From: Myxococcota bacterium
Lineage (GTDB): Bacteria; Myxococcota_A; UBA796; UBA2385
Direction: 5' to 3'
Assembly: GCA_044344255.1 (NCBI GenBank)
Contig: JBIJDH010000006.1
Coordinates: 192,001-256,000 of the forward strand
Length of the DNA stretch: 64,000 nt
Position numbers and translations under genes: made by a program. Positions 1 through 11,993 of this stretch are shown in pieces. Below the pieces are notes generated by a model. It saw only the letters and a list, made by a program, of their open reading frames with translations, had not been told where the DNA came from and made no database searches. How positions within the stretch are numbered: the first letter of the stretch is position 1; each line of letters opens with the position of its first letter.

Positions 1-105
1 CGCGCCCTCCCCTTCTTGACCAGCGACGAGGCCACCGCCCTCCTCGTGAGCGCCGAGGTGAGCGGGTGGCTGCTCCTCGGTCCACCGACGGAGCCAGTCG
101 AGTGA
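1..105 (+). CDS. 3' end of an unidentified gene entering the window
   Basis: Frame 1 is open from base 1 to TGA at 103-105 with high GC3 (RALPFLTSDEATALLVSAEVSGWLLLGPPTEPVE*). Confidence 0.45.
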   Translation, partial: RALPFLTSDEATALLVSAEVSGWLLLGPPTEPVE

Positions 106-128
106 GACCCGTGATAGGGCGGCCGTCC

Positions 129-1229
129 ATGCGCACATCCGATCCCGCTCGCGCCCGATCTCCGCACCTCGCCCCCACCCTCCTCGCGCTCCTCGCGCTG
201 GGGTTGGCGCCGCTCGTGCCGTTCGCCACGCGTGGGCCCACCATCGGCGTCGCGGCCGCGCAGCAGGGGGACCCCGGCGCCTCCGGTGCCGGCCCTGCGC
301 CCAGCCTCGTCGGAAGCCAGACCGGCCCCAACGGCTCTTCGAGCGATGGCGCCCCCAACGGCGGCGTCCCGAGCGGCGGTGCCCCGAGCGGCGGTGCCCC
401 GAGCGGAGGTGGCAACGGGGCGGGCGAACCTCCCCCGGAGGGCGGTGCGCCCGGTGGTGGGCCCGGTGGCGCGCCGATGGGCGTCCAGGGCGGCGCAGCG
501 GCCTCCCCGGCCGATGATCTCACTTGGTCGGTAGGGAGCTGGGCGCTCGTGCTCCTCGTCGGCGTCGGCGGGCTGCTGCTCACCCAGCGGGTCCGTCGAT
601 GGTCCGATCGAGAGGTGCAGCCCGCCCTTCGCGCCCTCGCGGGGGCCGCCGCGCGGGTCGAGGCGCAGGAGGAGCCGCTGCCCCTCCGCCTCTGGGTCCC
701 TGCGGCGCCGCCGCCCCTCGCCCTCGGGCGGGCCTGGCCGCCGGGCCGCCTCCACCTGGTCGCCGCGGAGCGGGGAGGGCTGGCGATCGAGTGGGTGGCG
801 GATTGGCTCCAGGCGCCCCACAGCGCCGCGGCCCTCGTGGCCCGGTCCTGGGCCCCGGCGCAGATCGAGGCCGCGCTGCGGGCCCGCGGCGCCGCCCTTC
901 CCGTCCCCGGCCGCCTCCTCGGCGCCACCGACGTCCCTGGCTTCGGCAAGGGCGCCGGGGCGCTGCTCGCCGAGGTCTCGCTCCGCGGGAGCCCGGTCGC
1001 GCTGGTGGTCGACGTGGAGGGCGTCGAGGACGTGCTCGATCCCGTCGCCCTCCTCCGCTCGCTCGCTCAACGCTTCGCCCCGGCGCTCGAGGCGGAGGGG
1101 GCCGTGCTCGTCGCCTTCCTGCCGGCCCGCGCCAAGGGGGCCCTGCTCGAGCTGGGTCCCACCCCGGGGGTCGGGCTGCGCCTCGTCGAAGAGGAGGGTC
1201 AGCTCCGCGGCGTGACCGACCCGGTCTGA
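129..1229 (+). CDS. hypothetical membrane-anchored protein (signal-like N-terminus, Gly/Pro-rich linker, TM helix, cytoplasmic alpha/beta domain)
   Basis: ORF 66..1229 with ATG at 129; hydrophobic LLALLALGLAPLV; PSGG repeats; TM segment WALVLLVGVGGLLL. Confidence 0.65.
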   Translation: MRTSDPARARSPHLAPTLLALLALGLAPLVPFATRGPTIGVAAAQQGDPGASGAGPAPSLVGSQTGPNGSSSDGAPNGGVPSGGAPSGGAPSGGGNGAGEPPPEGGAPGGGPGGAPMGVQGGAAASPADDLTWSVGSWALVLLVGVGGLLLTQRVRRWSDREVQPALRALAGAAARVEAQEEPLPLRLWVPAAPPPLALGRAWPPGRLHLVAAERGGLAIEWVADWLQAPHSAAALVARSWAPAQIEAALRARGAALPVPGRLLGATDVPGFGKGAGALLAEVSLRGSPVALVVDVEGVEDVLDPVALLRSLAQRFAPALEAEGAVLVAFLPARAKGALLELGPTPGVGLRLVEEEGQLRGVTDPV

Positions 1230-1251
1230 GCCTGCGAGGGCCCGCCGCAGT

Positions 1252-2316
1252 TCAGGGCGCCTTGGAACCCTCGCCCTTCACGGCGTCGATGGCGGCCATC
1301 CCGCGGGCGATCTGACCGGTCAGGTCTCCTTCGACGGCCTTGGCGGCGACCTTGACGGCGTTGCGGATCGCGCGGGCGTTGCTGCGGCCGTGCGCCTTGA
1401 TCACCACGCGATCGAGGCCGAGCAGGGGGGCGCCGCCGTACTGCTTCCAGTCCGTCATCGTGCGGAGCTCGCGGAGGCCGCGTGACAGCATCGTGAGGCC
1501 GAGGCGCCAGAGGAATTTGCGGGCGTAGGCGTCCTTGGCGATGTCAGCCACCACCTCGCCCACGCCCTCGAGCATCTTGAGCACGACATTGCCGAGGAAG
1601 CCGTCGCAGACCACGATGTCGACCGTGCCCCTCGGGATGTCGAGCCCCTCGACGTTGCCGTGGAAGTGGAGCCCCGGCGCCGCTCGAAGGAGCTGGTGGG
1701 CCGCCACGATGGTCTCGGTGCCCTTGTTCGGCTCGGTGCCGTTGGAGAGCAGGGCCACCTTGGGCTGATCGTGGCCCGAGATGATGCGGGAGTAGGCGCT
1801 CCCCATCACCGCGAAGCCGAGGAGGTCTTCGGGGGAGGCCCCGATGGTGGCGCCGACGTCGAGGATGAGGGCGAAGGGGTCTCCCCGCGGGCCGTGGCGC
1901 TGCTCGGTCGGGTAGACGGCGGCCAGCGCGGCGCGGCGGACCCCGGGCAGCCGCTGGTAGAGCGCCGATGCGGCGAGGATGGTGGCGCCGGTGTGCCCCG
2001 CGCTGACGAGGGCGTCGGCCTCCCCGGCGGCGACGAGCTCGGCGGCGACGTTGATCGAGGCGCGGGGCATCGCGCGCAGGGCCTCGCGGGGATCGGCGTC
2101 CATGCGCACCACCCCCTCGGCGGGCACCACCTGGATCCAGGCCGGGTCGTAGCGGTTCTTCGCCAGCGCGGCGCCGATGAGCGCCTCGTCGCCGACGAGC
2201 AGCACGCGCACGGGGCGCTCCTCTCGTGACAGGGTGGCCGCCCCCGCCACCACCTCTTGGACCCCTTGGTCGCCGCCCATGGCGTCGAGGGCCACCCGCA
2301 CTGGCGCGCCGCTCAT
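1252..2316 (-). CDS. plsX: phosphate acyltransferase PlsX
   Basis: VALDAMGGD, ALVSAGHTGA, LILDVGA, GNVEG, VVCDGFLGNVVLK, YGGAPLLG, IKAHGRS. Confidence 0.96.
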   Translation of the reverse strand: MSGAPVRVALDAMGGDQGVQEVVAGAATLSREERPVRVLLVGDEALIGAALAKNRYDPAWIQVVPAEGVVRMDADPREALRAMPRASINVAAELVAAGEADALVSAGHTGATILAASALYQRLPGVRRAALAAVYPTEQRHGPRGDPFALILDVGATIGASPEDLLGFAVMGSAYSRIISGHDQPKVALLSNGTEPNKGTETIVAAHQLLRAAPGLHFHGNVEGLDIPRGTVDIVVCDGFLGNVVLKMLEGVGEVVADIAKDAYARKFLWRLGLTMLSRGLRELRTMTDWKQYGGAPLLGLDRVVIKAHGRSNARAIRNAVKVAAKAVEGDLTGQIARGMAAIDAVKGEGSKAP

Positions 2317-3395
2317 CGGCCGCGCTCGCCCTGGCCGGGGCCGGGCTGGAAGGCGCCGCGGTGCCGCACCGTGAAGCCGATCTGACGGGCGGCGTCGAGC
2401 ACCCGCTCGAAGTCGTGCGAGATCGTGGCGCCGGCCTTGGTGGTCACCTCGTCCTCGGTGGGGAGGTCGAAGTCATTGGCGCCGTAGCGGAGGCCGAGCA
2501 TGGCGTCCTCGTTCCGGGTGAGCACGCTCGTGCGGATGTGGACGATGTTGTCGAGGTAGATGCGGCAGACCGCCAGCCAGCGCAGGTACTCGCCGGTGCT
2601 CAGCTCCGCCCCCCCGGCCGCGGTGTCGTACGGCTTGTAGGTCCAGCAGAGGAAGCTCGTCAGCCGCCCGCCCACGCTGTCCTGGAAGTCGCGCAGGCGC
2701 TCGAGGTGGTTGAGCCGCTCCTCCAGGGGCTCGTCGAAGCCGATGACCATCGTGGCGGTGCTGCCGATGCCGGCGTCCAAGATGGCGCGCTGGGCCGTGA
2801 GGTAGTCCTCGACCTTGTACTTGGCCGGGCTGTGGCGGAGGCGGAAGCGGTCGTCCATGATCTCGGCGCCCCCGCCGGTGATCCAGCCGGTGCCGGCCTC
2901 GGCGAAGAGGCGGGCCCCCTCGGCGTAGCTCACGCCGGTCCGCTTGGTGACGAACATGAACTCGGCCACCGTCATCTCGTAGAACTGGACGCGGCCCTCG
3001 AAGCGCTGGCGGAGGCGCCGGAAGAGGCGGGCGTAGTCCTCGATGCGGATGTCGGGGTGAAAGCCCCCGTTGAAGCCGACGAGCGTGCCGCCGAGCTGGA
3101 GCAGGGCGTCGATGCGGGCCTCAATCTGCTCGTCCGTGAGGAGATAGCCGCCCTCCTGGCCCGGGAGCCGGTAGAAGGCGCAATAGTCGCAGCGGGCGAC
3201 GCAGATGTTCGTCGTGTTGATGATGGCCATGACGAGGTAGGTCGCCTCGTCGGGCCGATGGTAGCGGGCCCGCACGATGCCCGCGAGCTCGGTGAGCGTC
3301 TCGTCGCTGGCCTCGGTGAAGAGGGCCGCCGCTTCAGCACGATCGACGCGCCCGCCCGCGATCAGCCGGTCGCGCAGGGGAGAGGGGGAACCCAT
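2313..3395 (-). CDS. mqnC: CofH/MqnC-family radical SAM protein (probable cyclic dehypoxanthine futalosine synthase)
   Basis: INTTNICVARCDYCAFYR (CxxxCxxC), GGGAEI, STATMVIG, HLERLRDFQD, GANDF; stop overlaps plsX start. Confidence 0.72.
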   Translation of the reverse strand: MGSPSPLRDRLIAGGRVDRAEAAALFTEASDETLTELAGIVRARYHRPDEATYLVMAIINTTNICVARCDYCAFYRLPGQEGGYLLTDEQIEARIDALLQLGGTLVGFNGGFHPDIRIEDYARLFRRLRQRFEGRVQFYEMTVAEFMFVTKRTGVSYAEGARLFAEAGTGWITGGGAEIMDDRFRLRHSPAKYKVEDYLTAQRAILDAGIGSTATMVIGFDEPLEERLNHLERLRDFQDSVGGRLTSFLCWTYKPYDTAAGGAELSTGEYLRWLAVCRIYLDNIVHIRTSVLTRNEDAMLGLRYGANDFDLPTEDEVTTKAGATISHDFERVLDAARQIGFTVRHRGAFQPGPGQGERGR

Positions 3396-3503
3396 CGGTC
3401 ACCTCGAAGGCCGCTCGCCCTAACCTGTCCGATGGGTCGGTCGCCGAGGGCTGGCTTTACAGGTCGAGCGCGCCGGGTCAGTGAGGGCCGCCGCCGAGGT
3501 CCT

Positions 3504-4406
3504 ATGTCCAGCGTCGTCACCGAGCTCCCCCTGGACGCCGGGCCCCCCGGGCGCGGCGTGAGGCAGGGCGTCCAGCGGATGCTGGTGGCCTGTGTCTTCT
3601 TCGCGCTGATGGCCCTCTGCGCGGGAGAGGCGCATCGGCTCGACCCCACCCTCTCCACCGCGATGACGAGCCTCGTGCGCTCGTCGGTCAACCTCGTGGC
3701 GCTCGTGCTGCTGGCCCGCGGCAACATGGGCCTCCTCTTTGGAGACCGTCGGGCCGCCTTGTGGGTGCGCGGCGTCACGGGCGGCCTCGCGCTCGTCTCC
3801 TACTTCGCCGCGCTCGAGCGGGTCGGGATCGGAGAGGCCGCCTTCCTCAACCAGACGAGCGCGGTGTGGGTCGCCATCCTGGCCCCCCTCTTGCTCCGGG
3901 AGCCGGCCCGGGCGCGGGCCACCCTCGCCGTGGCGGGCTCGATCGTGGGCGTGCTGCTGCTCACCCACCCCCGCCCCGAGGGCAGCGACACCGTCGGGCG
4001 GATCATCGGCCTCGTGTCAGGGCTCTGCGCGGCGGGCGCCTACCTCTCCGTCCGGCGGGCGGGGGCCACCAACGGCCCCATCACCATCGTCTTCTACTTC
4101 ACGCTGGTGGCGACGATCATCGCCGGCGCCCTCTCCATCGGGGTGGGCGCCAAGCTGCCCCACGATCCGCGGGTCTGGGCCTGCCTCGTCGGCGCCGGCC
4201 TCGCCGCCACCTTCGCCCAGATGCGGATGACCGAGGCCTACGCCCTCGCCCCTGCCGCCCTCATCTCGGCCACCGGCGCCGCCAGCCCGCTCCTCAACGC
4301 GGTCGCAGGGTGGGTCTTCCTCGGGGAAGTACCCGATCTCGCGGGTCGGGCGGGGATGGCCGTGCTGCTGATCTCCGCCGTGGCCCTCCCCCTCCTGAGC
4401 CGCTGA
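3504..4406 (+). CDS. DMT/EamA family transporter
   Basis: About 10 hydrophobic segments, LWVRGVTG, LLLREP, WVFLGEVP; ATG at 3504 within ORF 2226..4406. Confidence 0.88.
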   Translation: MSSVVTELPLDAGPPGRGVRQGVQRMLVACVFFALMALCAGEAHRLDPTLSTAMTSLVRSSVNLVALVLLARGNMGLLFGDRRAALWVRGVTGGLALVSYFAALERVGIGEAAFLNQTSAVWVAILAPLLLREPARARATLAVAGSIVGVLLLTHPRPEGSDTVGRIIGLVSGLCAAGAYLSVRRAGATNGPITIVFYFTLVATIIAGALSIGVGAKLPHDPRVWACLVGAGLAATFAQMRMTEAYALAPAALISATGAASPLLNAVAGWVFLGEVPDLAGRAGMAVLLISAVALPLLSR

Positions 4407-4415
4407 GCCCGCCGA

Positions 4416-5090
4416 TCAAGGGAAGGGCAGGGGAGCCGTGAAGCAGAGCAGCGCCCCGTTGTAGGGGTGGTGGAGGCGGAGGGTCGCGGCGTGCAGCAGC
4501 AGCCGGGGCGCGCGGGCGACGACGTCGGGCGGGGCGTAGAAGCGGTCGCCCAGGATGGGGTGGCCGATCGCCCGCAGGTGCAGCCGGAGCTGGTGGGATC
4601 GGCCGGTCTCGGGATGGAGCTCGAGCAGCGAGCTCTGATCGGCGTCGCGGGAGAGCACCACCCAGCGGGTGCGGGCCGGCTTGCCCCCGGGATCGACCCG
4701 CGAGCGGGGCTCCCCCTCGATCGTGGACAGGGGCAGATCGATCAGGCCGCCCTCCGCCGCCGGCCAGCCGGCGACCCGCGCGAGGTAGGTCTTCTCGACG
4801 CGGCGGTCGCGGAACTGTTGGTGCAGGGTGGCCTCGGCGCGCCGTCGGAGGGCGAAGACCAGCACGCCCGAGGTGTCGAGGTCGAGGCGGTGGGCGGCCC
4901 AGGCGGCCTCGCGGTCCCGGCGCAGGCGCGTCTCGGCGCTGTCGAGCAGGGCGGGGCCGCGGCCCGGCACCGAGAGGAGCCCCGCCGGCTTGTCGATCAC
5001 GACGATGTCGCGGTCTTCGTGGAGCAGGCTGAGCCACGGCTCGAGCGGGGGCGCGTAGGTCCAGGTCGCGGGCAGCAGCGGCTCAGTCAC
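4416..5090 (-). CDS. rluA: RluA-family pseudouridine synthase
   Basis: IDKPAGLLSVPG, HRLDLDTSG, TGRSHQLRLHL, GHPILGD, LLLHA; likely GTG start at 5090 overlapping the modC end. Confidence 0.9.
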   Translation of the reverse strand: MTEPLLPATWTYAPPLEPWLSLLHEDRDIVVIDKPAGLLSVPGRGPALLDSAETRLRRDREAAWAAHRLDLDTSGVLVFALRRRAEATLHQQFRDRRVEKTYLARVAGWPAAEGGLIDLPLSTIEGEPRSRVDPGGKPARTRWVVLSRDADQSSLLELHPETGRSHQLRLHLRAIGHPILGDRFYAPPDVVARAPRLLLHAATLRLHHPYNGALLCFTAPLPFP

Positions 5091-5757
5091 GGCGGAGGCC
5101 CGCGGGGCCGAGCGACCAACGCTCGGCGGAGAAGGCGTGGAGATCGGCCTCGTCGTGGGTGACCAGCACCACCGGCAGCCCGGAGCCCCGGCAGCGCGCC
5201 GCGAGCTCCCGGGCGAGGCGGTCGCGCAGGGGGCGGTCGAGCGCCGAGAAGGGCTCATCCAGCAGGAGCAGGCGGGGTTGAGAGAGCAGGGCCCGTCCGA
5301 GGGCGACCCGCTGCCGCTCGCCGCCCGAGAGGTGTCGTGGCGCCCGTTCGAGCAGGGCGTCTACGCCCAGCCAGCGCGCGATCTCGCTCACCTCGCCCCG
5401 GGCGGCGTACGCGAGGTTCTCCCGCACCGAGAGGTGTGGGAAGAGCGTGGCCTCCTGTGGGACGAGACCGATGCCTCGCTCCCACGGGGGCACGAAGCGC
5501 CCCGCGCCTTGCCAGGGCACGTCCCCGAGCGAGAGCGTGCCCTCCGCCCGCCGCTCCAGCCCGGCGAGGAGGCGGAGCAGGGTGGTCTTGCCCGCCCCCG
5601 AAGGCCCGACCACGCCCACCACCGGCGCGACGCTCTCGAGGCGGAGGTGCGCCGTCCGCCCGCCGATCGTCAGCCGCAGATCGAGCTGCAGCCGCGGGCT
5701 CGACGGAGCGGGCGGGTCGAAGCCCGGTGGGTCGAAGCCTGGCGGGTCAGTCGACAT
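5083..5757 (-). CDS. modC: molybdate ABC transporter ATP-binding protein (short, no TOBE domain)
   Basis: GPSGAGKT, QEATLFPHLSVRENL, LSGGERQRVALGRAL, LLLLDEPFSALD; follows modB. Confidence 0.85.
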   Translation of the reverse strand: MSTDPPGFDPPGFDPPAPSSPRLQLDLRLTIGGRTAHLRLESVAPVVGVVGPSGAGKTTLLRLLAGLERRAEGTLSLGDVPWQGAGRFVPPWERGIGLVPQEATLFPHLSVRENLAYAARGEVSEIARWLGVDALLERAPRHLSGGERQRVALGRALLSQPRLLLLDEPFSALDRPLRDRLARELAARCRGSGLPVVLVTHDEADLHAFSAERWSLGPAGLRRD

Positions 5758-6433
5758 CGAGGTCCAGCCTGCGTCGCTGCCAGCGGTTGAGCAGCTCGTA
5801 GCCGAGCAGCGCGGCCGCTGAGAGGGACACGCTCGCGAGGAGCAGGGTCGTGGTCTCGGCCTCGCCGTCGGGGCTGTCGAGCAGGGCGTAGACCGCGAGC
5901 GCGATCGTGCGGGTGCGCCCCTCGATGTTCCCGGCGATGATCGCGGTGGCGCCGAACTCGCCGAGGGCTCTCGCGAAGGCCAGGACCGCGCCCGCGGCCA
6001 CGCCGGGGAGCGCCAGGGGGAGCGTGATGCGCCGCCAAGTGGCGCGGGGCGGCACCCCAAGGGTGAGCGAGAGCTCGGCGTAGCGGGGATCGACCGCCTC
6101 GAAGGCGCCCCGGATGCTCAGCACGTAGAGCGGGAAGCCGACGACCAGCGCCGCGACCCCGGCTCCGAAGAGCGAGAAGCTGATGGGCAGTCCCGCCGCC
6201 TCGAGGAGACCGCCGAGGGGGGTGCTGCGGCCGAAGGCGCGGAGGAGGAGGAGCCCCGTCACCACCGGCGGGAGCACGAGGGGCGCCATGATGATCGCGG
6301 TCAGCAGCGACTTGCCGCGGAAGCGACCCCGCGCCAACAGCCAGCCCGCCCCCACCGCCGGCGCGAGCCCGACCAGGGTGGAGGCGAGGGCCACCACCAG
6401 GGAGAGGCGCACCGCGGAGGCGGGGTCGATCAT
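5747..6433 (-). CDS. modB: molybdate ABC transporter permease
   Basis: PLVLPPVVTGLLLL, FARALGEFGAT, AGNIEGRTRT. Confidence 0.92.
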   Translation of the reverse strand: MIDPASAVRLSLVVALASTLVGLAPAVGAGWLLARGRFRGKSLLTAIIMAPLVLPPVVTGLLLLRAFGRSTPLGGLLEAAGLPISFSLFGAGVAALVVGFPLYVLSIRGAFEAVDPRYAELSLTLGVPPRATWRRITLPLALPGVAAGAVLAFARALGEFGATAIIAGNIEGRTRTIALAVYALLDSPDGEAETTTLLLASVSLSAAALLGYELLNRWQRRRLDLDVD

Positions 6434-6492
6434 CCGGCGGGGCCAGGGCGCCGAGGACCGAGCGCCAGGGCAGGGGCGAGGCGGCTGATCAT
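6430..6492 (-). pseudogene. 20-codon ORF in the modA position, possible internally deleted modA remnant
   Basis: GGAGG RBS, MISRLAPALALGPRRPGPAG*, TGA overlapping the modB ATG. Confidence 0.4.
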
Positions 6493-6731
6493 CGTGGGCC
6501 TCCGAGTGAGCGGCACGCCCCTAATTGGGGCCGCACCGCGGCGCGGCCGCGGGAGGCGTGAAACGCCGTGGGCGGTTGCGTTGCCTCTGTTTCACAAATG
6601 CTCCACGCCTGTTTCACTCTGTTTCGATGGACCGTCGAGCGGTTTCACCGGTTGAGGGGCGCGGGCATCCGAGTACGGCCCTCACGCGTTCTTCGCGGAG
6701 GGAGCGCGGGGTCGGCCCGCGCCCGAAGCGG

Positions 6732-6747
6732 CGGCACGGCGCTTGCA
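6732..6747 (+). promoter_or_regulatory. sigma-54 (-24/-12) promoter for the persulfide dioxygenase gene
   Basis: CGGCACGGCGCTTGCA with canonical GG-N10-GC spacing, about 55 nt upstream of ATG 6803. Confidence 0.7.
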
Positions 6748-6802
6748 AAGGTGTTCAGCGCCAGTGGGGGGCGGACGTCGCCCTCCCGCACCCGGAGCCC
6801 TC

Positions 6803-7684
6803 ATGTCCACCGCCTCCCGCGCCGATTCCCTCCAGGTCGAGCGCTTCTTCGATGCCCGCACCTGGACCCTGACCTACCTCGTCTACGATCCCACCTCGAA
6901 AGACGCGGTGATCATCGATCCAGTCCACGACTACGATCCGCTTCGCGTGAAGTTCTTCGAGGAGTCGATCGCCGGGTACATCGCGCGCATCGAGGCCCTG
7001 GGCCTCAAGCTCCACTGGTCGCTCGAGACGCACGCCCACGCCGATCACATCAGCGCCGGCGTGATCCTCCGCGAGCGGCTCGGGGCTCGCCTCGCCATCG
7101 GCGCCGCCATCACGGGGGTTCAAGGGTTCTTCGCAGGGGTCTTCGGCCGCCGTGACATCTCGACGGACGGCAGCCAGTTCGACCAGCTCCTGCAGGGCGG
7201 CGACGTGCTGGAGGCCGGCTCTCTCTCGGTGAACGTCCTCGCGACCCCCGGCCACACCCCGGCCTGCGTGACCTTTCAGGTGGGCGACGCGATCTTCACC
7301 GGCGATGCCCTGTTCATGCCCGACTACGGCACCGGGCGCTGTGACTTCCCGAAGGGCAGCGCCGCCGCGCTCTACCGCTCGATCCGGTCCCTCTACACCC
7401 TGCCGGACGAGACCCGCGTGTTTGTCGGTCACGACTACCAGCCCGGCGGCCGCCCCGTCGCCTGGGAGACCACCATCGGCGCCTCGAAGCGGGAGAACAT
7501 CCAGCTCCGGGCCGACACCTCCGAGGCCGACTACGTACGCTTCCGCACCGAGCGCGACGCCAAGCTGGCGCCGCCGAACCTCATCTTCCAGTCGATCCAG
7601 TGCAACATCGACGCCGGCCGCCTGCCGCCCGCTGGTCCCGATGGCCTCCGGCGCCTCACCTTGCCCGTAGGTCTCTTCCCCTGA
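6803..7684 (+). CDS. MBL-fold metallo-hydrolase, persulfide dioxygenase (ETHE1/Blh/Sdo-like)
   Basis: LETHAHADHISA, TPGHTPAC, FTGDALFMPDYGTGRCDFP, FVGHDY, RTERDAKL. Confidence 0.9.
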   Translation: MSTASRADSLQVERFFDARTWTLTYLVYDPTSKDAVIIDPVHDYDPLRVKFFEESIAGYIARIEALGLKLHWSLETHAHADHISAGVILRERLGARLAIGAAITGVQGFFAGVFGRRDISTDGSQFDQLLQGGDVLEAGSLSVNVLATPGHTPACVTFQVGDAIFTGDALFMPDYGTGRCDFPKGSAAALYRSIRSLYTLPDETRVFVGHDYQPGGRPVAWETTIGASKRENIQLRADTSEADYVRFRTERDAKLAPPNLIFQSIQCNIDAGRLPPAGPDGLRRLTLPVGLFP

Positions 7685-7947
7685 CGGTCCTCCGAGGTCA
7701 CGGCTCTTCTCACCGCTCTTTTCTCGATGCGCTTTTCTCACAAATCGAGAGGACAAGTGGAGGACGATCGGATACTGGTGGAGTGCCCCCCCGGGAGGGG
7801 AGGCACCCCCAAGCCAAAGTGACGGTTCTTCCGAGCCACTTGGGACAGGGCGCTCGATAGGACCCGGAGAGGCTGTGTCCATGGAGATGTTCCCACGGGG
7901 GAGAATCGCGCCGCTCTCTGGCGCAGGCAACGTAGGTGAAGATCGAC

Positions 7948-8421
7948 ATGGGCAAGAAGCTTTTCGTGGGTGGTTTGAGCTGGAACACGACCGATGCTGG
8001 CCTCAAGGAGGCCTTCTCTCGGTACGGTGATGTGACCGACGCCAAGGTCATCACGGATCGCGAGACCGGGCGCAGCCGCGGCTTCGGGTTCGTCACCTTC
8101 TCGGCTGACGCCTCTGCGGCTGACGCCATCGCCGGAATGGACGGCAAGGCCCTCGACGGACGCACCCTCAAGGTGAACGAAGCCGAAGAGCGTCGTGACA
8201 GCCGCGGCGGCGGCGGCGGCGGCGGGTTCGGCGGCGGCGGCGGCGGCGGTGGTGGTCGCGGTGGCGGCGGCGGTGGCTACCGCGGTGACCGTGGCGGCGA
8301 TCGCGGTGGCGATCGCGGCGGGCGCGGCGGCGGCTACGGCGGCGGCGGCGGTCGTGACGGCGGCGGCTACGGCGGCGGCGGCGGCGGCGGCGGCTACGGC
8401 GGCGGCGGCGATCGCTGGTGA
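7948..8421 (+). CDS. RRM RNA-binding protein with Gly/Arg-rich tail
   Basis: KLFVGGL (RNP2), RGFGFVTF (RNP1), LDGRTLKVNEA, RGG/GYGG tail. Confidence 0.95.
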   Translation: MGKKLFVGGLSWNTTDAGLKEAFSRYGDVTDAKVITDRETGRSRGFGFVTFSADASAADAIAGMDGKALDGRTLKVNEAEERRDSRGGGGGGGFGGGGGGGGGRGGGGGGYRGDRGGDRGGDRGGRGGGYGGGGGRDGGGYGGGGGGGGYGGGGDRW

Positions 8422-8465
8422 GCTCGCGTCGCCTCCGGGCGATCCCTCGATAGAGGGCTGCGAGA

Positions 8466-8510
8466 CAGGGACCCTGCAAGGCTTCGGCCTTGCGGGGTCT
8501 CCTGCTTTTT
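8466..8510 (+). terminator. intrinsic terminator after the RRM gene
   Basis: GACCCTGCAAGGC-TTCG-GCCTTGCGGGGTC stem-loop followed by TCCTGCTTTTT. Confidence 0.85.
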
Positions 8511-8542
8511 GGGGCTGAAGGGTCACCGTCGCGGCGCGCGGC

Positions 8543-9045
8543 CTAACGGTCGGGCCAGGCCGTAGAGCCGTTGTGACGACGCAGGTGCCGGGCTCCCCCC
8601 AGCACGGGGCCCATGCTGAGCGCGAGGAACAGCAGCGGCTTCGCCCAGCCGAAGCTGCGCACGTCGGCCTCGACCGCGACCAGGCCGGCGAAGGCCCAGC
8701 CCACTGCCCAGCTCAGCACGACGATCAGCCAGCGCTGGCGCCGCGCGGCCCGCGGGAGGGCGCGCCGGGGATCGGCGGGGTCGAGCTGCTCCCAGGTGGG
8801 GAGCTCGGGGTCCGGCTGTAACGAGACCCGACCCCCGCCCCAAACGGTGAGCCCTGCCACCGCGAGGAGGGGGAGGGGCGTCAGCAGCAGGCTCGCGCTC
8901 CCTCCGCCCATCACGAGGGCGAAGTTGAGGGCGGACATCGTGAGGCCGGCGAGCCCGACGAGGCCGCCCGCGGCGAAGAAGAGCGCCTTCCGGCGGCGCC
9001 GGTCCGAGAGCTCCTCCTCTCGGCTCTCCGGCCAGCCGGGCTCCA

Positions 9046-9046
<1 letters not shown>
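8543..9046 (-). CDS. hypothetical membrane protein (about 4 TM), coupled to gcvP
   Basis: ATG overlaps the gcvP TGA; four hydrophobic stretches. Confidence 0.7.
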
Positions 9047-11898
<2,852 letters not shown>

Positions 11899-11993
11899 CG
11901 GGACCTCCGAAGGGTGCGGTTCCTACCATGGCGGAGCACGGGTGCCCACGCGCGGTGGCGCGGTTAGTCAGGAGGCCCTCCTGGAGCGCCATC

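Noticed and set aside
8200..8415. Long (GGC)n repeats
   Set aside because: Explained by the Gly-rich tail of the RRM protein
11899..11993. Glycine riboswitch at the gcv genes
   Set aside because: The intergenic region is too short and lacks the conserved aptamer motifs
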